From the NCBI GenBank assembly GCA_026770705.1, contig JANJGN010000052.1, forward strand, positions 930,001 to 994,000: a DNA stretch of 64,000 bases. The letters are read 5' to 3'. Each line of letters opens with the position of its first letter. The stretch's first letter is position 1. Below, piece by piece: positions 10,972 to 22,579 of the stretch. The notes under the pieces are model-generated. The model was not told the origin of the DNA, ran no database searches, and was given only the letters and a program-made list of their open reading frames with translations. The DNA comes from Isurus oxyrinchus. Lineage: Eukaryota. The position numbers and the translations under genes were made by a program.

Positions 10972-12634
10972 CTAGAGAACACACAGAAAGAAATCATCAC
11001 TGACTCTCCACTTTCAATCTCTCACTCTGGCTGAACAATCAAGCTTCATAACACTGCAACATTTGCTGTAATATTGACCCATCCACTGGGATTCAATGTG
11101 GAATGAATGTTTTCATTGTAAACACTCGAAGAGTGGACAATCGGAACTTTCCCCTTAGCGTGGAACATTGGTGAGAATGGATCATTGTGCTGTTGGACTC
11201 CCTGTCCAATGTTTCTCTCCATCGCTGTGTACAGGATTGTGCTGTAGAAAATTCTGGAAATGTTTAGTGCAGGGTGGAAATCCATCTCGGATGCGTGTGC
11301 GAATCGGGCAGGATCGAGATGGACTCCCCCACGGACTTACACACCCCGCTAAATAAACAGTTCCAATCTTTACCCAGAGAGAGGGGAGAATGTGGAACTC
11401 ACTCCCACTGGGAATGGTTGAGGTGAACAGTATCGATGTATTTAAGGGGCAAGAGGGTCGGTAACCAGAGGGGCACAGATTGACGAACCGGAGGGGGAGA
11501 TGAGGAGAATTTGTTTTGACAGAGCGAGTTGTTGTGATCTGGAAGGTGCTGCCTGAAAGGGTGGTGGAAGCAGATTCAATAGGAACTTTCAAAAGGGGAA
11601 TTGGATAAACACTTGAAGGAGGAAGATGGGGGCAAAGTGGAGTGGTGGTTAGTGGATCTGATTGGATAGAACATTGAAAGACCTGGCACAGGCACAATGG
11701 GCTGAATGGCCTCCTCCTGTGCTGTATCATTCTCCGCTTCCATGATCTCTCCCCCAGTCAGTAACCACTCCAGATCCCTCTTGAAGGTGACAGAGAAACA
11801 GCAACCACCACACCCACTGACAGCACATTCCCGAGGATCACTACTCTCTGGGAAAAGATGAACTCCCCAACATCCAGCCTATTCCTGCTTCCCGGAGAGT
11901 GTAAACACTTCAGGGAGGTGCTGAGGAAGTTCTCAATAAAATGAATTATCAAATCTACCATTTGAGAAATAATTGAATTCCGATGAACTCCCAGCTTGTG
12001 TAGCAAACTGGGAAGTAGATTTGCTTGAAAAGCTGGGAAACACAAGGATTAAGTGCTACAATGCCACCACTGGTGGGAGGCTGTAACTACAGTGTGACGT
12101 TTACATAGGCAGTCATCACTATAAACAGGGGCTTTGGACATAATGGGCACGGAAATAGTGAGAACAGGATGTAAGCTTTTCATCAGCAGGAATTCTCTTA
12201 CTAAACCTCTCCACCTCTCTCTTACTCTCAGATTCACAAAAAAATCACAGAATCAGATAAAGAGGAGTTGGGACTAGTTATTCGTCAAAGGGTTAGGTTT
12301 CAGGTAGCTCCTTAAAGGGAGAGAGAGAGTTGGAGAAGCAGAGAGTATCTATGAGTGCCTCTATGCATCTGAGTGTTTGTACGAGTAATTTCCATATTCT
12401 TCCATAAATATGAATGGGAACACAAATCCCAGAATTCAGCCCACGCTCCAGTGCAGTACTGAGGGAGGTCAGATAACCCATGAGGGAGTCTTGTGCTAGT
12501 GTGTTTGTTTGTGAGTGTGTCTTTGTGTGTGGTCATATATGTGTGTCTGCACGTGTCTATTTAGGTCTGTACGTTTGAGGGTGTTTGTGTAGTATTCGAA
12601 TCTGAGAGAGATGTTGAAGTCTGTGTACACTCAC

Positions 12635-12787
12635 ATTCCACAGTAATGGTTATGAACCCCTCCACTGCTCCATGTTCATTCTCTGCCACACACTGATAGT
12701 CTCCAGTGTCCCTGGATGTAACGTGAGGAATCAGCAACCACAGCTCATTGTTGGAACTTCTTCTGTTCATTTGGACATTCAGATGTC
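12635..12787 (-). pseudogene. Locus S2 5'-truncated C2-set exon
   Basis: MNRRSSNNELWLLIPHVTSRDTGDYQCVAENEHGAVEGFITITVE with gtgag donor; similarity to the 282-nt paralogous exons stops at ~12787 and no acceptor is evident. Confidence 0.88.
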
Positions 12788-13310
12788 ATGGCAGGAATCA
12801 AGAACCCCGTTCGCACGATTACCAACAGAAAGTGAACAACAATTTATACTTAATGGAAAGACAGTGCTGATTGGTTGGCAAGTGGTCTCTGATAGGTGGA
12901 GGTGTTGCCGTGGAGAATGCTGTTTGCGATATGAGAAGTTTAGACAGCTTGTCTCTTCATTCAGCAATAATCATATAAAGATCAATTAACTTCTATCGAC
13001 TGTGAAGCACTTTGAGTGGCCTGAGAATGTGGATACTGAGAACGGGCTGCACTGTCAGAGGGTCAGCGCTGAGGGAGTGCTGATGTAGAATGAAAGATGT
13101 CGGTACAGTTAATGCTTTTCATCATTGATATTAAAGTGATTTTTAGAGGTTGCTTTGGGACTGAACTGGAAGCTATCACCAGGTTATTGAGAATCAGACA
13201 GTGTGTTATAATAAGCTGTGTTTTGTGTTATTATGTAAACGTCACAGTTTGTGTTATTTCCCATTGAGTGTTGGATGTGAATTGTTGAGTAATTATAACA
13301 CAGCACTTAC

Positions 13311-13684
13311 CAGAAACGTGAAGCTGGGTTACAGGATAGTAGCTGTAACTATTCCTGCTGTCAAACTCTATTCTGAAAAAATAAGGTCCTGCATCTTCCC
13401 GTCTGATGTTGTTTATAATCAGGGAACAGTCACCATCTTTCAGGTCTCCAGACAGCCGGGTACGATGGCGGAATCTTTGATCCCTGTGATTGTGACCCTC
13501 GGAGTGAAAGGCTATAGACCATTTAGGCTGTGGGTTCCCATCTATTCCTTTCAACCAGATTCTGCACGTGATCTCCCTACGAAATTTGATAAGTAACTGT
13601 AATGACATGGAATCTGTACACATGAACCTTCCTGTGCTGTCACCTCTCGTGGAGTGTCACCTTTCCACTCTTGTGACAGTCCAA
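13311..13684 (-). pseudogene. Locus S2 Siglec V-set exon (Arg retained, YFFRIE) with frameshift and mutated acceptor
   Basis: 374 nt (1-nt loss near 13562 splits it across ORFs 13551-13733 and 13231-13623); acceptor reads cccccg instead of ccccag. Confidence 0.88.
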
Positions 13685-14387
13685 CGGGGGAGAGAAATAT
13701 CAATATTTGACTCTGGATGGTTTGTAGATCCACTAGACTCGATATCCACCCCCTCCATCACTGGGGCACAGTGGCTGCAGTGTGGACCATCTACAGGACA
13801 CACAAGGAACTCCCCAAGGTTTCACAACAGATAGAAGAGAATCCTGGACACAGGAGTGGACAAGTTCATTCTACATTGGCTCATGGTCCTCAGGACCCTG
13901 TTTAGTGAAGCCAGTCTTCCATCCAACACAGTGTCTACAAGATACACAGGGAAACTGTGTAAATATCTCATCTCTCAACACTGAATGGGCTGAGCTTCAG
14001 TTTAACTTTCAGTATTTTTAAATTTCCATATTGTGGTTGCTATGGTGAAACTGTGCAGGAAGTGTGAGGGCTGGACTCTCTGTCTATTCTCACTGCAGCT
14101 GTGATGTGGTCGTGGTGATTCTCAGTAAAATGAAACCCTCTGATCTCCTCCATCGCCGAGGTTTAGGGAGTGAATTCCAGAGCTCAGGTCCCAGGCAGCT
14201 GTAGGCACGGCCGCCAGTATTGGAGTGATGGGAATTGGGGGATGGTCAAGAGGCCAGATTTGGAGTAACACAGAGATCTGGGAAGTTGATTGGTTGCATT
14301 GCAGGAGGTTACAGAGATAAAGAGATAAGAATGATCTTTTACAAAGACTGTTAAATATAAATCTGTCCAAGCTGACGATGATATTAC

Positions 14388-14448
14388 CTTGGAGAAGTGA
14401 CAAGAGGAAGTAGATTTCCCGATCATTGTCCACTCCCAGATATTCCAT
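14388..14448 (-). pseudogene. Locus S2 leader exon; homologous ATG (14424-14426) is out of frame, upstream ATG (14446-14448) is in frame
   Basis: 39 nt from homologous ATG to donor vs 40 nt in S1; upstream ATG gives MEYLGVDNDREIYFLLSLLQ. Confidence 0.75.
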
Positions 14449-14859
14449 CCACTTCTCACTCTCAAGCTGTGAAAGAGAAAGGAGTTAATGAGACCTCACC
14501 TCTTGTCCGACAGCTCTCGAGAGATCAGAACTGCTTTTAGACAATGTCTTCACAGACTAATTTGATTCTCTGTGGGATGATAGGTGCTCAGCAGAGAGTT
14601 ACAAGGCTTTAAGAAAAACAAACAATGAAGGATTTGCATTTCTATAGCACCTTTCACCACCTCAGGGCATCCCAAAGCTCATGTCTCTGCACTTCCCTCA
14701 TCCCTTGAACTAGAAAGATGTTCGGTACAACAGACTTGAGCCTCACACCCAGATCTCAATAATCAGTAGAAATCTTTCAAAGGCATCAGTCATTGGAATC
14801 TGTCTTTATAAAGTCACAACATCAACAAAGGACGGTGTTGGTGGTGGAAGTGAATTCCA

Positions 14860-15670
14860 ATCGTTCCGTTACTTACCCAGGACCTGTCCGACTGCTCGCC
14901 TGGGGAGGAACTGCCCACACGCTCTGCTTGGGCTGAATGACCTCTTCCTGTGCTGCTCCCTCTGTGTATTTAATGAGAAAGGGTTGATGTGTGTCTGTGA
15001 GTCAAAATGAGGAAGTTGGATCAAAGTGACAGACCAGCTCATGTTTTGAGATGTTGGTGAACTGTTAATCCTTTGTGTCCTGACCCTGTGTTGATATTTC
15101 TGCTCACAGGTGGACAGTCATTGACCAGGAGTTTCTCCTGTGGGTCAGTGGGTTTCACAGCCAAATTCAGGGGGTCAGAATGTTGTGGGATTCAAGACCC
15201 CATTCAGGGGACGTCTGCCCCACAGAGTAGACTGAAACTGCCCAGCGTCAGTCCTGAGGGAGTGCTGCACTGTCGGATGGTCATTACTGCACTATTGTAA
15301 GGTCAGTACTGAGGGAGATCTCCACTGTTTGAGGGTGAGTACTGAGGGAGTGCTGCACTGTCAGAGGGACATTAATCAGGGAGTGCTGCAATGTTGGAGG
15401 ATCAGTACTGAGGGAGTGCTGCACTGTTGAAGGGTCAGTATTAAGGTGCTGATTTACAAGACAGGACAATGGATTAGGAGCCCTCAGAACTCCCCCCGTG
15501 ATTTCCAATCATTCCGTTACTTACCCCGGACCTGTCCGACTGCTCGCCTGGGGAGGAACTGCCCACACGCTCTGCTTGGGCTGAATGACCTCTTCCTGTG
15601 CTGCTCCCTATTTGTGTTTAATTAAAAAGGGTGGATGTGTCACTGTGAGACAAAATGAGGAAGTGCTTGG
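14860..15670 (-). promoter_or_regulatory. Two tandem copies of the promoter/exon-1 module upstream of S2
   Basis: Donors at 14876 and 15524; GAGGAAGT at 15009-15016 and 15657-15664. Confidence 0.55.
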
Positions 15671-15769
15671 TACCAAGTGAGAAAGATGCTCTTTGCCTCG
15701 CACTGTTAGAAAACTGTTAACCCTTTGCGTGCCAAGAATGTTTTTGAAGGGCCATTGACTGTTCACATG

Positions 15770-17630
15770 CAACAAGCTCGAGGGGTTGACTGGGCCTCCT
15801 CCTGTTCCTGTGTAACAGGCTCGAGGAGGGTGAATGGGCCTACTCCTGTTCCTGTGTAACAGGTTCAAGGGGACAGAATGGGCCTCCTCCTGTTCCTGTG
15901 TAACAGGCTCGAGGGGCTGAATGGGCCTCCTCCTGTTTCTGTGTAACAGGCTCATGGGGCACAATGGGTCTCCTCCTGGTTCTGTGTAACAGGCTCGAGG
16001 GGCTGAATGGGCCTCCTCCTGTTCCTGTGTAAAAGGCTCGAGGGGCTGAATGGGCCTCCTCCTGTTCCTGTGTAAAAGGCTCGAGGGGCTGAATGGGCCT
16101 CCTCCTGTTCCTGTGTAACAGGCTCATGGGGGCTGAATGGCCTCCTTCTCTCACTGTGTACCAGGCTCATGGGGCTGAGTGGGCCTCCTCCTGTTCCTGT
16201 GTAAAAGGCTAAAGGGGCTGAATTGGCCTTCCCCAGTTCCTGTGTACCAGGCTCGAGTACATTAGGAGCATCATTGGAAGCAGCGTTTCACTTGCACTTC
16301 CCTCAATTTAATCTACTGCCTTCACTGCTCCCAATGTGGTCTCCTCTACATGGGACAGACCAAACACAGACTGGGTGATCGCTCTGATGAACACCTTCGG
16401 TCTGTCCACAAGCATGACCCAGACCTCCCTGTCGCTTGCCATTTTAACACCCCACCCTGCTCTCATGCCCACATGTCCGTCCTTGGCCTGCTGCATTGTT
16501 CCAGTGAAGCCCAACACAAATAGGAGGAACAACACCTCATCTTCCGACCTGGCACTTTACAGCCTTCCGGTCTGAATATTGAGTTCAACACTTTCAGATC
16601 ATGAACTCTCTCCTCCATCCCCACTCCCTTTCCAATCTCCCTTTTCCATTAATTTATCAGTTTTAATATTTTTTTTATTTATATATTTTTCTTTTCCCAC
16701 ATTTTTCCATTATTTTTAAATGTTTTACATCTGTTGTTGTATCTCTACCTTTTAGCCTATTTCAATCCTTTCCCCCCACCCCACCCCCACTAGGACTATC
16801 TGTCTCTTGCTCGTCCTGCTTTCTACCCTTAATGTCCCCATTAGCACCTTCCTCAGATAATATCACCACCGTCAACACCCCTTTGTCCTTTTGTCTATCA
16901 CATCTTTGGCAACCTCTTCTTTACCTCCACCTATCACTGGCCCACAATCCAGCTCTACCTGCCCCACCCCCTCTACCAGCTAAAACATCACCTCATTTCT
17001 CGATTCCCTTAGTTCTGATGAAGAGTCATACAGACCCAAAACGTCAAGTGTGTTCCTCTCCACAGATCCTGTCAGACCTGCTGAGTTTTTCCAGCTATTT
17101 TTGTTTTTGTTGCCGTTCATGTGGAACAGGCTTGAGTGGCTGAATGGAGCCCCTAATGTTCCTGTGTAACAAGCTTGTGGAGGCTGAATGGGTCTCCTGT
17201 TCCTGTGTAACAGGCTCAAGGGGACAGAATGGGCCTCCTCCTGTTCCTGTGTAACAGGCTCGAGGAGGGTGAATGGGCCTCCTCCTGTTCCTGTGTAACA
17301 GGCTCAAGGGGACAGAATGGGCCTCCTCCTGTTCCTGTGTAACAGGCTCGAGGAGGGTGAATGGGCCTCCTCCTGTTCCTGTGTAACACGTTCAAGGGGA
17401 CAGAATGGGCCTCCTCCTGTTCCTCTGTAAAAGACTCGAGGAGGGTGAATGGGCCTCCTCCTGTTCCTGTGTAACAGGCTCGAGGAGGGTGAATAGGCCT
17501 CCTCCTGTTCCTGTGTAACAGGTTCAAGGGGACAGAATGGGCCTCCTCCTGTTCCTGTGTAACAGGCTTAAGGGAACAGACTGGGCCTCCTCCTGTTCCT
17601 GTGTAACAGGCTCGAGGAGCTGAATGTCCT
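15770..17630. repeat. ~43-bp minisatellite (gaatgggcctcctcctgttcctgtgtaacaggctcgaggggct) split by a Penelope fragment
   Basis: Tandem units at 15770-16258 and 17120-17630; unit resembles the CR1 3' terminus. Confidence 0.9.
16280..17110 (+). mobile_element. Penelope-like element 3' fragment (GIY-YIG region)
   Basis: Closely similar to 55120-55960, which encodes IYCIHCSQCGFLYIGDTK. Confidence 0.85.
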
Positions 17631-17664
17631 CCTCTCATTAAAAATAAATACTGCAGATGCTGTA

Positions 17665-17856
17665 AATCTGAAATAAACACAGAAAATGCTGCATTAACTC
17701 AGCAGGTCTGGCAGCAGCTGTGGAGAGAGAAACAGAGTTTTTGCTTTGAGACTCTGAAGAAGGGTCATACGGACTCGAAATGTTTATTCTGTTTATCTCT
17801 GCACAGATGCTGCCAGACCTACTCAGTTTCTCCAGGATTTTCTGTTTTTATTTCAG
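17665..17856. mobile_element. Short inverted-repeat element (Penelope-terminus-like or MITE-like)
   Basis: ctgaaataaacacagaaaatgc...ggtctggcagca is mirrored by tgctgccagacc...attttctgtttttatttcag; partial copies at 33440-33525 and 61540-61670. Confidence 0.7.
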
Positions 17857-18964
17857 GTGCTCTCTTGTTCCTGTGTAGCACGCTCAAGGGGGCCTCCTCC
17901 TGTTCCGATTCAATGGGCAGTCAAAGCATGTGCCTGATTTTGGACCGCGAACCCAAATCTGTCCTCAGGGCATTGATAGAGGAAATGACCAGTTACAGAT
18001 CAATGCAGGAGGATTATTTATTTTCCCAATCTTTGAATCAAGTATCTCATCAAACACAGAGCGGAAACAGGATCGAGGATGTTGGTCTCTGTAATCTGTA
18101 ACACATCGCAAAGTCCACCCATCCACTCAGCCTTCAGGATGGATGCTAATTGTACTCTCCAAGTGTGAAGGACTAAAATGGTGGTTTATTGCAGCTCTAT
18201 CTCATTCTGTTATCAAAGCTGTCTCATCCATCCAATGACATATTGAAGAAGATAAACCTGCAACCAATTTTTCACATCATAGTTTCCAATGTTCATTGGC
18301 AACATCAATGTAAACATGTCATGCTGAAATGATGTCCTCCCACCAGTGGTGGCACTGTAGCACATCTGTTATCCTCTAAGCTGCAGAGAATTTCTCAACT
18401 CTCCAATCAAATTGTTTCCCTGTTTCCCAGATTCTTGTTTGTTTCGCTGTTTAACGATGAAGTGTAAAATCCAAATATATATCTGAAAATACATTTGACT
18501 ACAAAATGCTGAGTAAATTTTGCCAATCTCCTCTGCTCCAATTATCCACCGATCCTGCATTTCCTGAAGTCTACACTGGCTGATGAATATTCTGTAAACA
18601 CTGACAGACAGAAAGGTGAATAACAGAATGAAAATTAACTCATAATCACGGACACGGGATTGAATTTGTCCGTTCTGTCCTGGTACATCATCGAACGATA
18701 TCTAAAGATATTTACAATCAGAATGGAGAGAAGGATGTTTCCAACAGTGAGGGACAATTCTGAAGGAGGATGTTCGAATTGAAACCCACAGACAATCATC
18801 CTGGATAGATCATTCCGAAGAAATTCCATCAGATTGTAACAAGAGGTTTAAATCTATTTCCTGGGAGTGAGTTCCTGTGGATATTAGGAAGGTAAATTGG
18901 AGTTTTGAATGATTCTCCCGTTCTGTATTCTCCCCACACTGTGTGTGTCTCATTCTTGCTCAGT

Positions 18965-19081
18965 TTATAAATTCCCATAAACAGAATCCTTGGCAAATTC
19001 ACAGTTTGCGTAAAGATCATCATCTGTATCAGGATTGACTCCGCGGTTAGATTTCATTTCCAGATCCTTCTCATCTTTCTT
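18965..19081 (-). CDS. Locus S3 last cytoplasmic exon (KKDEKDLEMKSNRGVNPDTDDDLYANCEFAKDSVYGNL*)
   Basis: Acceptor tttctattacag; phase 0, 39 codons incl. TAA; two Tyr motifs after acidic residues; minus-strand AATAAA at 18185-18190 and 18017-18022. Confidence 0.82.
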   Translation of the reverse strand, partial: KKDEKDLEMKSNRGVNPDTDDDLYANCEFAKDSVYGNL

Positions 19082-19134
19082 CTGTAATAGAAACAGAAAT
19101 GATCAGAGTGACAATCAGAGTGATCAGTGTTTAG

Positions 19135-20710
19135 TATTATTGATCCAAATCAAAAAATTCCATCCACAGTAGAGACATTAATTATTGATACTGAACGGGG
19201 TTTGATTATTGATCCTGAACGATGTTTGATTATTGATTCTGAACGGGGTTTGATTTTTAATTCTGAACGGGGTTTGATTATTGATTCTGAAAAGGGTTTG
19301 ATTATTTATTCTGAATGGGTTTTGATTATTGAATCTGAACGGAGTTTGATTATTGATCCTGAACGTAGTTTGATTATTGATACTGAACAGGGTTTGATTA
19401 TTGATTCTGAACGGGGTTTGATTATTGATACTGAATGGGGTTTGATTATTGATACTGAACGGGGTTAGATTATTGATACTGAACGGGGTTTGATTTTTAA
19501 TACTGAACGGGGTTAGATTATTGATACTGAACGGGGTTTGATTTTTAATTCTGAACGGGGTTTGATTATTGATTCTGAACGGGATTAGATTATTGATACT
19601 GAACAGGTTTGATTTTTAATTCTGAACAGGGTTTGATTATTGATACTGAATGGGGTTTGATTATTGATACTGAATGGGGTTTGATTATTGATTCTGAAAG
19701 GGTTTTGATTATTGAATCTGAACGGGGTTTGATTATTGATCCTGAACGAAGTTAGATTATTGATATTGAACGGGGTTTGATTATTGATATTGAACGGGGT
19801 TTGATTATTGATTCTGAACGGTGTTTGATTATTGATCCTGAACGGAGTTTGATTATTGATACTGAATGGGGTTTGATTATTGATTCTGAACAGTGTTTGA
19901 TTATTGATTCTGAACGGGGTTTGATTATTGATACTGAACGGTGTTTGATTCTTGATTCTGAACTGGGTTTTGATTATTGATTCTGAAAGGGGTTTGATTA
20001 TTGATTCTGAATGGGGTTTGATTATTGATACTAAACGGGGTTGGATTATTGATACTGAACGGGGTTTGATTATGTATACTGAACGGGGTTTGATTATTGA
20101 TTCTGAACGCGGTTTGATTATTGATACTGAGCGGGGTTTGATTATTAATTCTGAACGGGGTTTGTTTATTGATACTGAACGGGGATTGATTATTGATTCT
20201 GAAAGGGGTTTGATTATTGATACTAAACGGGGTTGGTTTATTGATACTGAACGGGGTTTGATTATGTATACTGAACGGGGATTGATTATTGATTCTGTAC
20301 GCGGTTTGATTATTGATTCTGAACGGGGTTTGATTATTAATTCTGAACTGGGTTTGTTTATTGATACTGAACGGGGATTGATTATTGATTCTGAATGGGG
20401 TTTGATTATTAATTCTGAACAGGGTTTGATTATTGATACTGAACGTGGTTTGTTTATTGATACTGAACGGGGATTGATTATTTATTCTGAAAGGGGTTTG
20501 ATTATTAATTCTGAACGGGGTTTGATTATTGATACTGATCGGGGTTTGATTATTGATTCTGAACGGGTTTTATTATTGTTACTGAACGGAGTTTGGTTAT
20601 TGATACTGAACGGGGTTTGATTATTGATTCTGAACGGGGTGTGTTATTGATTCTGAACGGGGTTTGATTATTGATTCTGAACGGGGTTTGATTATTGATT
20701 CTGAACGGTG
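19135..20710. repeat. 24-bp minisatellite (ttgattattgattctgaacggggt)
   Basis: ~1.6 kb of tandem units filling the last S3 intron. Confidence 0.95.
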
Positions 20711-20841
20711 TTGGGTGTGAGTTTGGTTGGGTTTGGGAGTGACTGTATAAAACATTGCAGATACAGGAGTGGAGCAGCCATATCAATAACCAGGCTACTG
20801 GAGCAGCTGAGAGGCTGGGGATCCTGTGGTGTGTGACTCAC

Positions 20842-20947
20842 CTGATTCCTCAAAGCCCAACCACGCTCACAGTTTTCATAAACAGGACCTCGATATTCAT
20901 CAACACGGTGGTTCGATTTGATTCCTGCTTTCCCCTCACCTCTCTTC
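20842..20947 (-). CDS. Locus S3 first cytoplasmic exon (KRGEGKAGIKSNHRVDEYRGPVYENCERGWALRNQ); acceptor reads CG, not AG
   Basis: 106 nt, phase 2 to 0, exactly bridging the TM exon and last exon; donor CAG|gtgagt; polypyrimidine tract present but ends tttcg. Confidence 0.7.
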
Positions 20948-21292
20948 CGAAATAGAGATGGAAATGGACAGAATGACAATCAACATGATGTGTATTCGGT
21001 GTTGGGTTTGATTATTGGGGAGAGAGTTCCAGATTTCCACTCCCCTTTGTGTGAAGAAGTGCTTCCTGACATCACCCCTGAACGGCCTGGCTCCAATCTA
21101 AAGTTCCAGCCCCCTTGTTCTGGACTCCACCCGACCCCCACCACCCACCCCCACCCGAGGGAATAGCTTCTCTCTATCGACCCTATCGAGTGTTTAATCA
21201 GTTTGAACCCCTCAATTAGATCCCTCCTAAATCTTCTAGACCCGAGTGAATATAATCGTAGACTGTGTGTAACCTGTCTGCATAATTTAACC

Positions 21293-21700
21293 AGAAAGAT
21301 GTTCTGTACAACAGACTTGAGCCTCACACCCAGATCTCAATAATCAGTAGAAATCTTTCAAAGGCATCAATCATTGGAATCTGTCTTTATAAAGTCACAA
21401 CATCAACAAAGGACGGTGTTGGTGGTGGAAGTGAATTCCAATCGTTCCGTTACTTACCCAGTACCTGTCCGACTGCTCGCCTGGGGAGGAACTGCCCACA
21501 CGCTCTGCTTGGGCTGAATGACCTCTTCTTGTGCTGCTCCCTCTGTGTATTTAATGAGAAAGGGTTGATGTCTCTCTGTGAGTCAAATCAGGAATTGGGG
21601 AACAATTGTGAAAACCCTTTCATTGAAACGTAGGGCCTTAGTGTTGTGTTGTTAACAAACTGTTAACCCTTTGTGTCCTGACTCTGTGACGTGATTCCTG
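21293..21700 (-). promoter_or_regulatory. Orphan copy of the S1/S2 promoter/exon-1 module inside an S3 intron
   Basis: Near-identical to 14712-15090; donor at 21457; PU.1 core altered to CAGGAATT. Confidence 0.65.
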
Positions 21701-22262
21701 TGTAAAGCTGAGCAGTCGGTGAGCGAGTTTCAATTCACTGCTCACTCCAGGTGTTGAGGTGGATCTTCTGAAGGAGCAGATGTTGCTCAGCGCTCCTTAA
21801 AAATGTGAGAGACTGAACAACGTGTAAGAGGACGAGAGAAAGAATGAGAAGGAGAGCATTAGTGGAGATAAGAGAGAGTGAATGAGAGAGAGAGAGAATG
21901 AGAGAGAAAATGAGAAGGCGTGCATTAGTGGAGGTAAGAGAGAGAGTGAATGAAACATGGAAAAAGGAAAGAGATTGCATTCACTAACAAAAGAAAGGTT
22001 TTCATTTATATCGCACCTTTCACAAACTCAGGAGGTCACAAGGTATCTTATGGTCCGGGTCAACCCTGCCAGTTACAGGACTGAGTTGTGAAACAGTGAG
22101 TGTTGGATGAGATGTTAAACGGTAGGTGAACATCAAAACTCTTCAGGGGCTGTGAAGGGTTTTGGATTGTAAAAGTTGCTATAGAAATGCAAGTTCTTTC
22201 TATAAGGAGAGAAGGTTGAAGAAAACATGTTCAAAAACAACCAATTAAACCTTCACACTTAC

Positions 22263-22359
22263 TTTCTCACACACTTGAAGATGAAGAATCCACTCAGTCC
22301 AACACTCAAACAGATTCCAGCTCCAAGCAATCCTGCTTTCCATTCATTGGAATCTCGCC
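22263..22359 (-). CDS. Locus S3 transmembrane exon (RRDSNEWKAGLLGAGICLSVGLSGFFIFKCVRK)
   Basis: ttacag/gtaag; 97 nt, phase 1 to 2; paralogous to 52623-52719. Confidence 0.88.
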
Positions 22360-22579
22360 CTGTAAAATCAGCCAATGAATGACTCCGGTACAGTTTGAGA
22401 ATGGTTCCCTATGTACATGTAGTAATTCTGAACTTGTGAAGTGATATTGTCTATGCATGAAAGGTCTATACAAATAACATTTATCTATGTAATATTTATT
22501 GATAATATCCATGTACATGCAGGTTTCTATAAGGAGGATTCACATATAACAGGGGTGCCAAGCTGCTGAGGTGACACAC

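Noticed and set aside
19127-20620. ORFs of repeated LIIDSERG
   Set aside because: Translation of the 24-bp intronic minisatellite.
21735-21795. Candidate short Tyr-free S3 tail exon (KSAEQHLLLQKIHLNTWSEQ*)
   Set aside because: It is phase-compatible, but the acceptor is weak (AAG), there is no paralog or motif, and the 20842/18965 chain is better supported. It remains a possible alternative.
22263-22359. Lys in EWKAGLL as an activating TM charge
   Set aside because: It lies at the extracellular edge next to the interfacial Trp, outside the 20-residue hydrophobic core.
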